Program-made: the position numbers and the translations under genes
DNA from: Alphaproteobacteria bacterium
GTDB taxonomy: Bacteria > Pseudomonadota > Alphaproteobacteria > MPNO01 > UBA830
NCBI GenBank assembly: GCA_965243135.1
Contig: OZ251539.1
Location: 3,968,001 to 4,032,000 of the forward strand
Direction of reading: 5' to 3'
Length of the DNA stretch: 64,000 nucleotides
Shown: in pieces, positions 40,414 through 49,990 of the stretch
Numbering within the stretch: position 1 is the first letter of the stretch
Layout: every line of letters begins with the position of its first letter
The notes under the pieces: model-generated
What the model was told of the DNA's origin: nothing
Databases searched by the model: none
The model's input: the letters and a program-made list of their open reading frames with translations, nothing else

Positions 40414-41708
40414 TGTTGCCTCCCGGGCCGTGCGGCCCTCTCCTGCAATACTTGGTGAATGTCCGCCGCGCGGGCGATCAGAGCCGCGTCGTCGCCCTGC
40501 CGCGAGACGAGCTGCACGCCGACCGGCATGCCTGCGGGGCCGCGCGACGTCGGCAAGGCGACGGCCGGGCCATGCATCAGAGTCCAGATCCGGTTGAAGG
40601 ACGATACCGAAACGCTCTCGAGATCGGCGGGGGCCTCGCCGGCGGCGGACGGCGTCAGCAACACCGGAAACCTTTCGTAGATATCGCCCATCGCCGTTCG
40701 CGCCGTCGCCGCGACGGCCAGCGCGTCTTCGTATTCGGCCTCCGTCCAGGCCGACTCGCCGATCGCCCGAAGCCAGTGATTCATCGTATCCATGCGCTCC
40801 CGGAATTCGCGAGCGAGCGCTCTCTTGCCTTCGTAATTCGAAACGACCCGGAACGCTCTTTCGACCGCGTCGAAAGCGAACGGCAAATCCGCGTCCGCGA
40901 CCTCGTAGCCCGCCGCGGCAAGCGCCGCGGCGGCGTCCTCGACCGCTTCCTTCGCGCACGGCTCCGCCTCTTCCCAGGCGGCGGTGCGGCAGACGCCGAC
41001 CCGCGGCCGGGATGCGGAGGCCCGGACGCCCGTAAGGGCGCCGTGAACGAGGGCGATATCGGCAACCGACCGTGCGAAGAAACCCAGCGTGTCGAGAGCG
41101 GGCTTCAACGCCCTGATGCCGCCGCGATCGAGCCCGTCGAGACTCGCCTTGTAGCCGACGACGCCGCAGAAGGCCGCGGGAAGTATCACCGAGCCGCCCG
41201 TCTGGGTGCCGTTGGCCAACGGCGCCATGAAATCCGCCACCGCCGCGGCGGAACCGCTCGACGAAACGCCCGGGGTTCGGGCGGCGTCGCGCGGGTTGCG
41301 AACGCCCGCGGGAACGGGACTGGCGAACTCGGTCGTCGCGGTCTTGCCGAGAACGACGGCGCCCGCCGCCCTCAGCGCGGCGACGCAGGCGGAATCCGCC
41401 GCCGGGCGATGATCCCGATAGATGACCGAACCGTATTCGGTCGGCATGTCGAAAGTGTCCAGCACGTCCTTCACGCCGACCGGAACGCCGTGCAGCGGGC
41501 CCGCCGGTCCGGACGCGTCTCTGGAGCGCGCCTGCGCGAGCGCCTGGTCCGGATCGACGAAGCGCCAGGCCCCCAATTGCCCGTCGCGCGCTTCGATGCG
41601 CGCGAGACAGTCCGAGACCAGCGCCTCCGACGTGATCGCGCCGGAAGCGATCCGCGTCGCCGCTTCCGTCGCCGTGAGGCGATTGAGTCCGTCGCCGTGA
41701 AACTCCAA
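40410..41708 (-). CDS. Amidase (start approximate)
   Basis: GPLHGVPVGVKD, TPGVSSSGSAAAVA, GTQTGGSVILPAAFCG. Confidence 0.9.
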   Translation of the reverse strand: MEFHGDGLNRLTATEAATRIASGAITSEALVSDCLARIEARDGQLGAWRFVDPDQALAQARSRDASGPAGPLHGVPVGVKDVLDTFDMPTEYGSVIYRDHRPAADSACVAALRAAGAVVLGKTATTEFASPVPAGVRNPRDAARTPGVSSSGSAAAVADFMAPLANGTQTGGSVILPAAFCGVVGYKASLDGLDRGGIRALKPALDTLGFFARSVADIALVHGALTGVRASASRPRVGVCRTAAWEEAEPCAKEAVEDAAAALAAAGYEVADADLPFAFDAVERAFRVVSNYEGKRALAREFRERMDTMNHWLRAIGESAWTEAEYEDALAVAATARTAMGDIYERFPVLLTPSAAGEAPADLESVSVSSFNRIWTLMHGPAVALPTSRGPAGMPVGVQLVSRQGDDAALIARAADIHQVLQERAARPGRQH

Positions 41709-41781
41709 AATCCGGCTCCTCCGCGCCTTCGCTCCGAACCGTCGGCGCCGCCTTGACGGTCCGCCGTCGCCGGGGCCGCGT

Positions 41782-43371
41782 CTATCCGTCCGACGACGCC
41801 CGGAGCTTGAACCGCTGGATCTTTCCGGTCGCCGTCTTGGGCAATTCCTCGACGAAACGAAACCAGCGCGGGTACTTGTACCGTGCAAGCCCCGACTTGC
41901 AATGTTCGAGCAGTTCGGCTTCGAGCTCGGCGCTGGCGGTGCCGTGGTCCTTGAGAACGACGTGCGCTTCGGGCTTCACCAAGCCGTCGTCGTCCTCGCG
42001 TCCGACGACGCCGGCTTCGAGGACGCCGGGATGATCGATCAGGCGGGACTCGATCTCGATCGGAGAGCACCAGATGCCGCCTACCTTGATCATGTCGTCG
42101 GACCGGCCGCAATACACGTAGTATCCGTCCTCGTCCTGCATGTAGGTGTCGCCGGTGTTCAGCCAGTCGTCGCCCAGCATCGTGGACGCGGTGCGCTCGG
42201 GTTGGTTCCAGTAGTGCGCGGCGACCGACTCTCCCTGCACCCAGAGGCGGCCGATCCCGCCCGGCGGCGCGTCGGCGCCGGCCTCGTCGACGATGCGCGC
42301 CCGGTAGCCGGGTATCACCTTGCCGCTCGTGCCCGGCCGAATGTCCGCCTGCGTGTTGGAGATGAAGATGTGAGTCGCTTCGGTCGAGCCGATTCCGTCG
42401 ATGAGGGGCAGCCCCACCTTCTCCTTCCACCGATGGAAGATGGGGGCCGGCAACGCTTCCCCCGCCGAAATGCACAGGCGCAGGCTGGAGAGGTCGGGCG
42501 TCGATTCCTCCAGCGCCCGGCATTGGGCGGCGTACAGCGTCGGCACCCCGAAATAGATCGTGGGACGGAAGGTTTCGATGATCCGGAACGTCATCTCCGG
42601 AGTCGGGCGCTCGTCCGACAGCACGGCGCAGGCGCCGTAGGCCAGAGGAAAGTTCATCGAGTTGGCGAGTCCGTAGGCGAAAAACAGCTTTGCGGCCGAG
42701 AACACGACGTCGTCCTCGGTCAGGCCGAGCACGTTTTCGGAATACAGGACGGAGTTGACGAGCAAATCGCGCTGCCGATGCACGGTGCCCTTGGGCCTGC
42801 CGGTCGAGCCGGAGGAGTAGAGCCAGAAGCATTCCTCCATGGCCGTCGACGGAAACGGCGACAGCGTCGGCGAAGCCGCCGCAAGGCGTTCCGCGACGCT
42901 CCCGGGTCCCTCCGTCCGGGCGACGAAGTCGGGCTTGCGCCGCGCCCCGGCCAGCGCCGCCTCGACCTCCTCCGCGAATTCGGGCGAATAGACCAGGGCC
43001 GCGCAGCCGGAATCCTCGATCATGTACCGGTAATCGACGGCGCGCAGCAACGTGTTGACCGGTATCGGCACGATGCCCGCCCTTATGGCGCCGTAGAACA
43101 GGTAGACGAATTCAGGGCAGTCCTTGACGATCATGACCATGCGCCCGCGCCGCCGGACGCCGGACGCCAGCAGCGCGTTGCCGCACTTTTTCACTCGCTC
43201 GGCGAGCGCGGCATAGGTGATGCGCTCCCCGTCCGCGACGTATGCGAGGCGGCTTCCCCGCCCCTCGTCGAGATGGCGGTCGATCATGTGAACCGACACG
43301 TTGAACGAATCCGCGAAGGAGAAGACCGGCGCTTCGCCATCGCGGTCGATCGCGACCGTGTTGGGTACCAT
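41782..43371 (-). CDS. Benzoate-CoA ligase family protein
   Basis: FWLYSSGSTGRPKG, AKLFFAYGL, DGIGSTE, LPKTATGKIQR; downstream of boxB. Confidence 0.93.
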   Translation of the reverse strand: MVPNTVAIDRDGEAPVFSFADSFNVSVHMIDRHLDEGRGSRLAYVADGERITYAALAERVKKCGNALLASGVRRRGRMVMIVKDCPEFVYLFYGAIRAGIVPIPVNTLLRAVDYRYMIEDSGCAALVYSPEFAEEVEAALAGARRKPDFVARTEGPGSVAERLAAASPTLSPFPSTAMEECFWLYSSGSTGRPKGTVHRQRDLLVNSVLYSENVLGLTEDDVVFSAAKLFFAYGLANSMNFPLAYGACAVLSDERPTPEMTFRIIETFRPTIYFGVPTLYAAQCRALEESTPDLSSLRLCISAGEALPAPIFHRWKEKVGLPLIDGIGSTEATHIFISNTQADIRPGTSGKVIPGYRARIVDEAGADAPPGGIGRLWVQGESVAAHYWNQPERTASTMLGDDWLNTGDTYMQDEDGYYVYCGRSDDMIKVGGIWCSPIEIESRLIDHPGVLEAGVVGREDDDGLVKPEAHVVLKDHGTASAELEAELLEHCKSGLARYKYPRWFRFVEELPKTATGKIQRFKLRASSDG

Positions 43372-43471
43372 CACTCCGCTCCCGAAAAGCCCGCCCGTCC
43401 TGTTTAGCGGTCTTCGGAACGTTCGTCCACCGCCCCGGGTTCGCCGGTTCGGCGGAGCGAACGGCGGAGGG

Positions 43472-44899
43472 TCAGTTGAATTTCACGTATTCGAAATTGA
43501 ACGGATGGCCATGGATGCCGCGAGCCGGCGGCGCGATCCAGCCGGCGATGCGGCCCGGTTCGTAGCACGGCTTCATCAACGACCTGACGAACTCCTTGTC
43601 CCGTTCGGTCGGCAGCCAGTCCGCGACCCGGCGCTTCCACTCGTCCTCGCCGACGGGGTTTCCCTCGGGCGACACCCGGGCATCGGCAAAATGACCGATG
43701 GCGCGATGGAAGCCGCGATGCGGCAACCGGAAGCGAAAGTCGCCGCCGTGCTTCTCGATCACCTTGTTCCACCGGTTGAGGCCGCGCTGACAGTCGTCGA
43801 TGTAGTCCTGGCGCAGCTTTTCGTTGACCGCGAGCAGGGACGGATGTTCGCGCTCCGCGATCTTGCCGTCCTCCAACGCGAGCACGGGATAGGTCGAATC
43901 GACCAGCCGGTGGTCGTCGTCGATCTTCTCTTCGTGAAAGCGTCCCTTGAGGCTTTGCGTGAAGTAGTTCGCCGCGTTGGTCGAGAGTTCCTGGCCGAAC
44001 AGATCCAGCGAAATCGAGAAATGGAAGTTTATCCATCGCTGCATGGTCGGCAGATCGATCGCGCCGGCCGCCCGCACCCGTTCGGGATCGTCGGTTCCGA
44101 TCTCGTCCATTACCTCGCAGCTGCGCTTGACGATGCGCATGACGCCCGATTCGCCGACGAACATGTGATGCGCCTCTTCGGTCAGCATGAACTTGCAGGT
44201 GCGCGCAAGCGGGTCGAACGCCGACTCGGCGAGGGAGGCGAGTTGGTACTTGCCGTCGCGATCGGTGAAGAACGCGAACATGAACATGGTCAGCCAATCG
44301 GGCGTCGCCTCGTTGAACGCGCCGAGAATGCGCGGGCGGTCCGCGTCGCCCGAATGGCGCTCGAGCATCGCCTCCGCCTCCTCGCGGCCGTCGCGCCCGA
44401 AATGCGCGTGCAGCAGGTACACCATCGCCCACAGGTGGCGGCCTTCCTCGACGTTGATCTGAAACAGGTTTCGCAGGTCGTAGAGCGAAGGCGCGGTGAG
44501 GCCCAGAAGCCGTTGCTGCTCCACCGAAGCGGGCTCCGTATCCCCCTGGGTGACGATGAGGCGGCGCAAGCTGGCGCGGTACTCGCCCGGAACCTCCAGC
44601 CATACCGGTTCGCCCATGTGGTCGCCGAACGGGATCTTGCGATCGGGAACCGGATCGGCGAGGAAGATCCCCCATCGGTATTCGGGCATCTTCACGTAGT
44701 CGAAATGCGCCCAACCGTCGGAGCTGACGTCGACCGCGGTGCGGAGAAAGACGTCGTAGCCCTGCGAACCTTCCGGACCGAGTTCGTCCCACCATGACAG
44801 ATAGTTCGGAAGCCACGATTCGAGGGCGCGCTGCAACCGCCGGTTCTCGCCGAGATCGACGTTGTTGGGGATGCGCTCGTTGTAGCTGATCGACGACAT
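43472..44899 (-). CDS. boxB: Benzoyl-CoA 2,3-epoxidase subunit BoxB
   Basis: IPNNVDL, QGDTEPASVEQ, NVEEGRH, LTEEAHH diiron motifs. Confidence 0.96.
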   Translation of the reverse strand: MSSISYNERIPNNVDLGENRRLQRALESWLPNYLSWWDELGPEGSQGYDVFLRTAVDVSSDGWAHFDYVKMPEYRWGIFLADPVPDRKIPFGDHMGEPVWLEVPGEYRASLRRLIVTQGDTEPASVEQQRLLGLTAPSLYDLRNLFQINVEEGRHLWAMVYLLHAHFGRDGREEAEAMLERHSGDADRPRILGAFNEATPDWLTMFMFAFFTDRDGKYQLASLAESAFDPLARTCKFMLTEEAHHMFVGESGVMRIVKRSCEVMDEIGTDDPERVRAAGAIDLPTMQRWINFHFSISLDLFGQELSTNAANYFTQSLKGRFHEEKIDDDHRLVDSTYPVLALEDGKIAEREHPSLLAVNEKLRQDYIDDCQRGLNRWNKVIEKHGGDFRFRLPHRGFHRAIGHFADARVSPEGNPVGEDEWKRRVADWLPTERDKEFVRSLMKPCYEPGRIAGWIAPPARGIHGHPFNFEYVKFN

Positions 44900-44924
44900 G
44901 TTTCTTTCTCCCTGCCTGCGGGTT

Positions 44925-46598
44925 TCAGACGCGTTCCCTGTCGAAGCCCGCCTTTTTGCCCGTTCCGTAGACCTTGAGGGCCCCTTCTTCGCCGACGGCG
45001 TTGGGCCGCTGGAAAATCCAGTTCTGCCACGCCGAGAGCCGGCCGAATATCTTGGTTTCCAGCGTCTCGGGCCCCGCGAACCGCAGACTCGCCTCCATGC
45101 CCGTCAGCGCGTCGGGCGAAAAGCTCGCACGCTCCTCGACGGCGATCCGCACCTCGTCCTCCCAGTCGATGTCGTCGGGAATGAAGGTGACGAGACCCAA
45201 CTCCTCGGCCGCGGCGGCCTCCAGTTTCTCGCCGATCCTCGGTTCCGCGCGCCCGGCCGCGTCCGGGTCCCCGAAAAACCGGTGCGCCATCCGCGTAAGT
45301 CCGTTCGGCATGGTCAGCGGGCCAAAGTTCATGCCCGTCAGGACCACCGTCGCGGCAGGCTGGTTCGACCCCTCGAAGACGCCGTCCAGCATGTAGGACC
45401 GGTCGGCGGCGAGCGCGAGTTCGAGAAGGGTGCCGGTAAAGCAGCTGCCAGGCTCGATCAGGGCGATGACGGATCGCGCGGACACGTCGATGCGCTTGAA
45501 GACCCGCTTCAGAAAAAGCGTGGTCTCGCGCACCAGCCAGTGGCCGGCGTTCTCCAGCAGCGCCCGGTCGGCGGCCTCGACGGCCGCGGAGTCGCCGACG
45601 GTGCGGAAAACCCAGGTTCCGATCCGCCTTTCGTTGGCCCGCAGTTCCAGGATCGCATCGTCGAGTTCGCGGGCGAGAGCCAGAGGCCAGAACCCGGCGC
45701 CCTGCGCCTCGATCGCGGCGGCGTCGGCGGGCGGGGCGGCGGCCGGCGCCGCGACCGTGACGACGGCGGTGGCGGTTTTCCTGTCTATTTCTACGGTCAT
45801 GTGGTCGTACGCGATGCGGTCCGGTTCGATCGTCCGGCGCAGCGGGGTCAGCGCGACGCCTTTCGCGTCTTCGGGCCTGTCGGTCCGCGCGGCGAACTCC
45901 GCGGCGCGGGCGGCGACGGTTTCGTCGAACGCGGAACGCTGCACGATTTCGTCGACCAGATTCCAGTCGACCGCTCGCGCTCCGCGCACGCCTTCCGAGG
46001 TAGTGCAGAAGAAATCCGCCCGGTCGCGGCGCACCTTCCGCTTGTCGACCAGCCGCGTAAGCCCCCCGGTTCCCGGCAGCACCGCCAGCAAAGGCAGTTC
46101 CGGAAGCGACACGGTGGAAGATCCGTCGTCGATCAGCATGATGCGGTCGCACGCGAGCGCCAGTTCGTATCCGCCCCCGGCGCACGCGCCGTTCACGGCG
46201 GCGACGAACCTGATCCCGGAGTGTTCGCTGGCGTCCTCGATGCCGTTTCGCGTTTCGTTGGTGAACTTGCAGAAATTGACCTTGTGGGCGTGGGAGGATT
46301 GCGAGAGCATGCGGATGTTCGCTCCGGCGCAGAACACCCTCGGCTTGTCCGAGGTGAGGATCACCGCCCCGACGCCGGGATGTTCGAAGCGCAGCCGCTG
46401 AAGGGCGTCGTGCAGTTCGATGTCGACGCCGAGATCGTAGGAATTGAGCTTGAGTTCGTAACCGGGCGCGAGCGTCGCCTGTTCGTCGACGTCCAGCGCC
46501 AGCCGCGCGACGCGGCCGTCGACGCTCAGCTTCCAGTGACGATACTCGTCCGGCGCAGTCCTGAAATCGATGCGCCCTTCCGTCCGTTCTTGCGCCAT
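44925..46598 (-). CDS. boxC: 2,3-epoxybenzoyl-CoA dihydrolase BoxC
   Basis: YELKLNSYDLGVDIEL, KVNFCKFTNETR, FGRLSAWQNWIFQRPNA. Confidence 0.96.
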   Translation of the reverse strand: MAQERTEGRIDFRTAPDEYRHWKLSVDGRVARLALDVDEQATLAPGYELKLNSYDLGVDIELHDALQRLRFEHPGVGAVILTSDKPRVFCAGANIRMLSQSSHAHKVNFCKFTNETRNGIEDASEHSGIRFVAAVNGACAGGGYELALACDRIMLIDDGSSTVSLPELPLLAVLPGTGGLTRLVDKRKVRRDRADFFCTTSEGVRGARAVDWNLVDEIVQRSAFDETVAARAAEFAARTDRPEDAKGVALTPLRRTIEPDRIAYDHMTVEIDRKTATAVVTVAAPAAAPPADAAAIEAQGAGFWPLALARELDDAILELRANERRIGTWVFRTVGDSAAVEAADRALLENAGHWLVRETTLFLKRVFKRIDVSARSVIALIEPGSCFTGTLLELALAADRSYMLDGVFEGSNQPAATVVLTGMNFGPLTMPNGLTRMAHRFFGDPDAAGRAEPRIGEKLEAAAAEELGLVTFIPDDIDWEDEVRIAVEERASFSPDALTGMEASLRFAGPETLETKIFGRLSAWQNWIFQRPNAVGEEGALKVYGTGKKAGFDRERV

Positions 46599-46622
46599 CG
46601 CGCCCTCCGGAATCCGTCTCTT

Positions 46623-46672
46623 CCCGCCCCCGTTTAACATACTATGCGGATAGTATGTTAAACGGGGGCGGG
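46623..46672. repeat. Perfect 23-bp inverted repeat in the boxC/dctP divergent region
   Basis: CCCGCCCCCGTTTAACATACTAT-GCGG-ATAGTATGTTAAACGGGGGCGGG. Confidence 0.9.
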
Positions 46673-46823
46673 TTTCAAGCGGCGTTCGACCGCGGCCGCA
46701 AAAAAATTCCGCGCTGCCGCCTGCGGACGCCAGGCGGGCGCGGGTCTCCGGCCGACCTTGCCTGCCGCCGGCAGGCCGCCTACCATGACGCGATCGGCGT
46801 CCACCCGCGCGGAGGAGAACTTC

Positions 46824-47825
46824 ATGAAACCACTGCTCGCCGCACTGTCCCTCGCTGCCGTCCTCGCCGCCGCTTCCGCATCGGCAGAGACCAAGCTGCT
46901 CTTCAACCGCTTCGTGCCTCTCAAGCATCCTTTCAACGTCGGCATGTTCGAGCCGTGGGCGAAGGACGTGGAGAGCGCCACCAAGGGCCGCGTGAAGGTC
47001 GAGTTCAGCACGGCGTCGCTCGCGCCCCCGCCGAAGCAGTGGAACATGGTCTCGAAGGGCCTCGCGGACGTCGCCATGCTCGCCAACATCTTCGAGCGCA
47101 ACCGCCTCAAACTGCCGCCCATGGCGCAGCTGCCCTTCCTCGGCGAGAAGGCCGAGGCCCGCGGCGTCGCCCTGTGGCGCACCCACGAGAAGCACTTCGC
47201 GACCGCCAACGAATACAAGGGCATGAAGCTGCTTGGGCTGTGGGTCCTTTCCGGCGCGAATTTCTATCACGGACGCAAGCCCATCCGCTCTCTGGCGGAT
47301 CTCAAGAACGAGAAGATGTGGGTCATCGCCGGCATGCCCAACCGCATGATGAGCGACCTCGGCGCGGTGGTCGTCTCGGTGCCCGGCGTCAAGATGTTCA
47401 ACGTCGTCTCGAAGGGCATCGTAAACGGCACGGTCACCTCGACCTACACGCTGATGGCCTTCAAGACCATGCCCTACATCAAGCATGTAACCCTCGTCCC
47501 CGAGGGTCTCCACGCGGTGACCTTCTCGCTGCTGATGAACGAGAAGAAATGGAAAGGCATGCCCCAGGCCGACAAGGACGCGATCATGTCCGTCTCCGGC
47601 GAGCGGGTCGCGCGGAACGCGGGCCGCAAGACCGACCAGCTCGACGCCGCGATCCAGAAGGCCGCGATCAACGAGGACATCGCGTTCGAGACGGCGAGCC
47701 CCGCCTTCGTCAAGGAGATGAAGTCCGTCGTCGCGCGCTTCACCGACGAGTGGCTCGCCGCGGCAAATTCCCGCGGCGTCGACGGCGAGGCCGCTCTGGC
47801 CTACTTCCGGTCGCAGTCGAAATAG
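46824..47825 (+). CDS. dctP: TRAP transporter substrate-binding protein DctP
   Basis: Signal peptide; PWAKDVESATKGRVKVE; PIRSLADLK; LLMNEKKW. Confidence 0.9.
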   Translation: MKPLLAALSLAAVLAAASASAETKLLFNRFVPLKHPFNVGMFEPWAKDVESATKGRVKVEFSTASLAPPPKQWNMVSKGLADVAMLANIFERNRLKLPPMAQLPFLGEKAEARGVALWRTHEKHFATANEYKGMKLLGLWVLSGANFYHGRKPIRSLADLKNEKMWVIAGMPNRMMSDLGAVVVSVPGVKMFNVVSKGIVNGTVTSTYTLMAFKTMPYIKHVTLVPEGLHAVTFSLLMNEKKWKGMPQADKDAIMSVSGERVARNAGRKTDQLDAAIQKAAINEDIAFETASPAFVKEMKSVVARFTDEWLAAANSRGVDGEAALAYFRSQSK

Positions 47826-47853
47826 GCGGTCCCGCGACCGGCCCGGCCTCCCG

Positions 47854-48330
47854 GTGACGCGGGGTCTGCGCCGCGCCCTGCCGGCGACGGTCGCGGTCGC
47901 CTTCGTCGGCATGGCCGTCCTGACCTTCGCGGACGTGATCGGCCGTTATTTCCTCAATGCGCCGATCCCCGGCGCGTTCGAGATCGTCGGCCTCGTGCTC
48001 GGGTTCGCGACGATGGGCGCGCTTCCGCTCGTGACCTTCCGGGAGCGCCACATCACGGTCGATCTGCTCGACGGCGCATTCCGCGGCAAGCTGCGCCGGG
48101 CGCGCCGGACGGCGGTGCGGCTCGGGACCGCCGCGGCGACGGCCTTCATGGCGGAGCGGCTGCTCGCCGCCGCCGCGGACGAGTGGGCAAGCGACTTCGT
48201 GACCGAGAATCTCGGCATCACCCGTGCGCCGCTCCTCTTCCTCATGGCCGCTCTTTGCGCCGTCACGGCGGCCGGAATGCTGATCGCCGCGGTCCGCGGC
48301 AGGCCGCCGGGAGACCCCGACGCGTGCTGA
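47854..48330 (+). CDS. dctQ: TRAP transporter small permease DctQ
   Basis: DVIGRYFLNAPIPGAFE..HITVDLL. Confidence 0.88.
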   Translation: MTRGLRRALPATVAVAFVGMAVLTFADVIGRYFLNAPIPGAFEIVGLVLGFATMGALPLVTFRERHITVDLLDGAFRGKLRRARRTAVRLGTAAATAFMAERLLAAAADEWASDFVTENLGITRAPLLFLMAALCAVTAAGMLIAAVRGRPPGDPDAC

Positions 48331-49613
48331 CCGCGCTCGCGGGCTTCCTCGGGCTGATGGCCGTCGCCCTTATCGGCTTTCCGCTCGGGCTGTGCATGCT
48401 CGCGACCGGGTTCGTCGGCGTCGGCCTGCTGCGCGGCTGGGAGCCGGCCCTCGAGACGGTGAGCCAACAGATCGTCGACGTGACGCTCAACACCAACTTC
48501 GCCGTCCTTCCCATGTTCCTGCTGATGGGCGCGTTCGTCTACCGGGCCGCGCTCTCGGACGACCTCTACGAATGCGCCAACGCCTGGCTCGGGCATTTCA
48601 AGGGCGGGCTCGCGATGGCCACCGTCGCCGCCTGCGGGGGCTTCTCGGCGGTCTCCGGCTCGTCGGCGGCGACGGCCGCGACCATGGCCAAGGTGGCCGT
48701 GCCGTCCATGCGGAAGTTCGCCTACTCGGACAGTCTCGCCGCCGGGACGGTCGCCGCGGGCGGCACCATGGGATTCCTCATTCCGCCCAGCGCGGCGCTG
48801 ATCGTCTACGGCATCCTCACCGAGGAATCCATCGCCGACCTCTTCATCGCGGGAATCGCGCCGGGCGTCCTTACGGTCCTCGTCTACATCCTCGTGATCG
48901 CCATCCTCGCCCGGCTGCGTCCCGGAGACTGCCCGCCCGGCGAGCGGACCAGCTGGGCCGAGCGCTGGCGGACGCTGTACAGGGTCTGGGCGGTGATCGC
49001 CCTGTTCCTGCTGATCCTGGGCGGCATTTCCTTCGGCATGTTCACGCCCAACGAGGCGGGCGGCATCGGCGCGATAGGCGCGCTCGCCTTCGCCGTCGGC
49101 CGCGGACGCATGTCGTGGCGGATCATGTACGAGGCGATCCTCGAGGCCGCGCATACGACGGCGATGATCTTCGTCATCATCATCGGCGCGCTCGTGCTCA
49201 ACAACTTCGTGATCCTGTCTGGACTGTCCGCCGGCGTCGTCGCCTGGGTCGAAACGCTCGCCCTGCCTCCCGCCGCCGTCATCCTGATCATCCTCGGCTT
49301 CTACATCGTCCTCGGCACGGTCATCGAGGGGCTCGCGATGATCTTCCTGACGGTTCCCGTCTTCGTGCCGGTGGTCGAAGGGCTCGGCTTCGACCTCGTC
49401 TGGTTCGGCATCGTGATGGTGATGGTGGTGGAGATCAGCCTGATCACGCCGCCGATCGGACTCAACGTATTCGTGCTGAAATCCATGCTTCCCGACGTCC
49501 CGCTGTCGCGGATATTCCGGGGCATCGTTCCCTTCTTCGCGGCCGACGTCGCGCGGCTGCTGTTGGTCGTCTTCGTCCCCGGCATCGCCCTGTTCCTCCC
49601 GTCGGTCCTGTAG
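48324..49613 (+). CDS. dctM: TRAP transporter large permease DctM
   Basis: GGLAMAT..SGSSAATAA, GFLIPPS, LITPPIGLN. Confidence 0.93.
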   Translation: MLTALAGFLGLMAVALIGFPLGLCMLATGFVGVGLLRGWEPALETVSQQIVDVTLNTNFAVLPMFLLMGAFVYRAALSDDLYECANAWLGHFKGGLAMATVAACGGFSAVSGSSAATAATMAKVAVPSMRKFAYSDSLAAGTVAAGGTMGFLIPPSAALIVYGILTEESIADLFIAGIAPGVLTVLVYILVIAILARLRPGDCPPGERTSWAERWRTLYRVWAVIALFLLILGGISFGMFTPNEAGGIGAIGALAFAVGRGRMSWRIMYEAILEAAHTTAMIFVIIIGALVLNNFVILSGLSAGVVAWVETLALPPAAVILIILGFYIVLGTVIEGLAMIFLTVPVFVPVVEGLGFDLVWFGIVMVMVVEISLITPPIGLNVFVLKSMLPDVPLSRIFRGIVPFFAADVARLLLVVFVPGIALFLPSVL

Positions 49614-49662
49614 CGCCGCGGACGGACGCTTCCTCCTGCGCCGGAAGCCCCGCGCGAATCGT

Positions 49663-49915
49663 TCTTCCCCGGCGACGGAAGCGCCGGAAAGCAACCCGCC
49701 CGGTCACGAGCGCGACGACTTCGCCGGCGCTCCCGCAACGTCGCTACGCCGCCAAGAGCGGGCCTCTTCGCCACGTTCCGCCAGCCGCCGACGCTTCGCT
49801 CCGAAGGGCGTTGTCGAGGTCGCCGGCGCGACAGCGCGGCTCGCGAACGGGCATTCGCGACCGGCCGTCCGAGAAAACCGCGCGGGTTTCGCCCGGCCCG
49901 CGCGAACCGACACAG
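49663..49915 (+). repeat. Diverged ~250-bp direct repeat (copy 1) flanking the Slam locus
   Basis: Shares CTTCCCCGGCG, CACGAGCGCGACGA, GTCGAGGTCGCCG and CGCGAACCGAC blocks, in order, with 55054-55310. Confidence 0.65.
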
Positions 49916-49990
49916 GCCCGCCGCGCCCGGGGCGAGAGGAGAACGGAGGCGGCGGTTTTCCGGGGACGGGCGGCGGCCCGGCGCCGCGCT

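Noticed and set aside
46632-46663. Chromosomal dif site
   Set aside because: Two XerD-like arms with a 10-bp spacer and no XerC arm; not the 11-6-11 dif layout.
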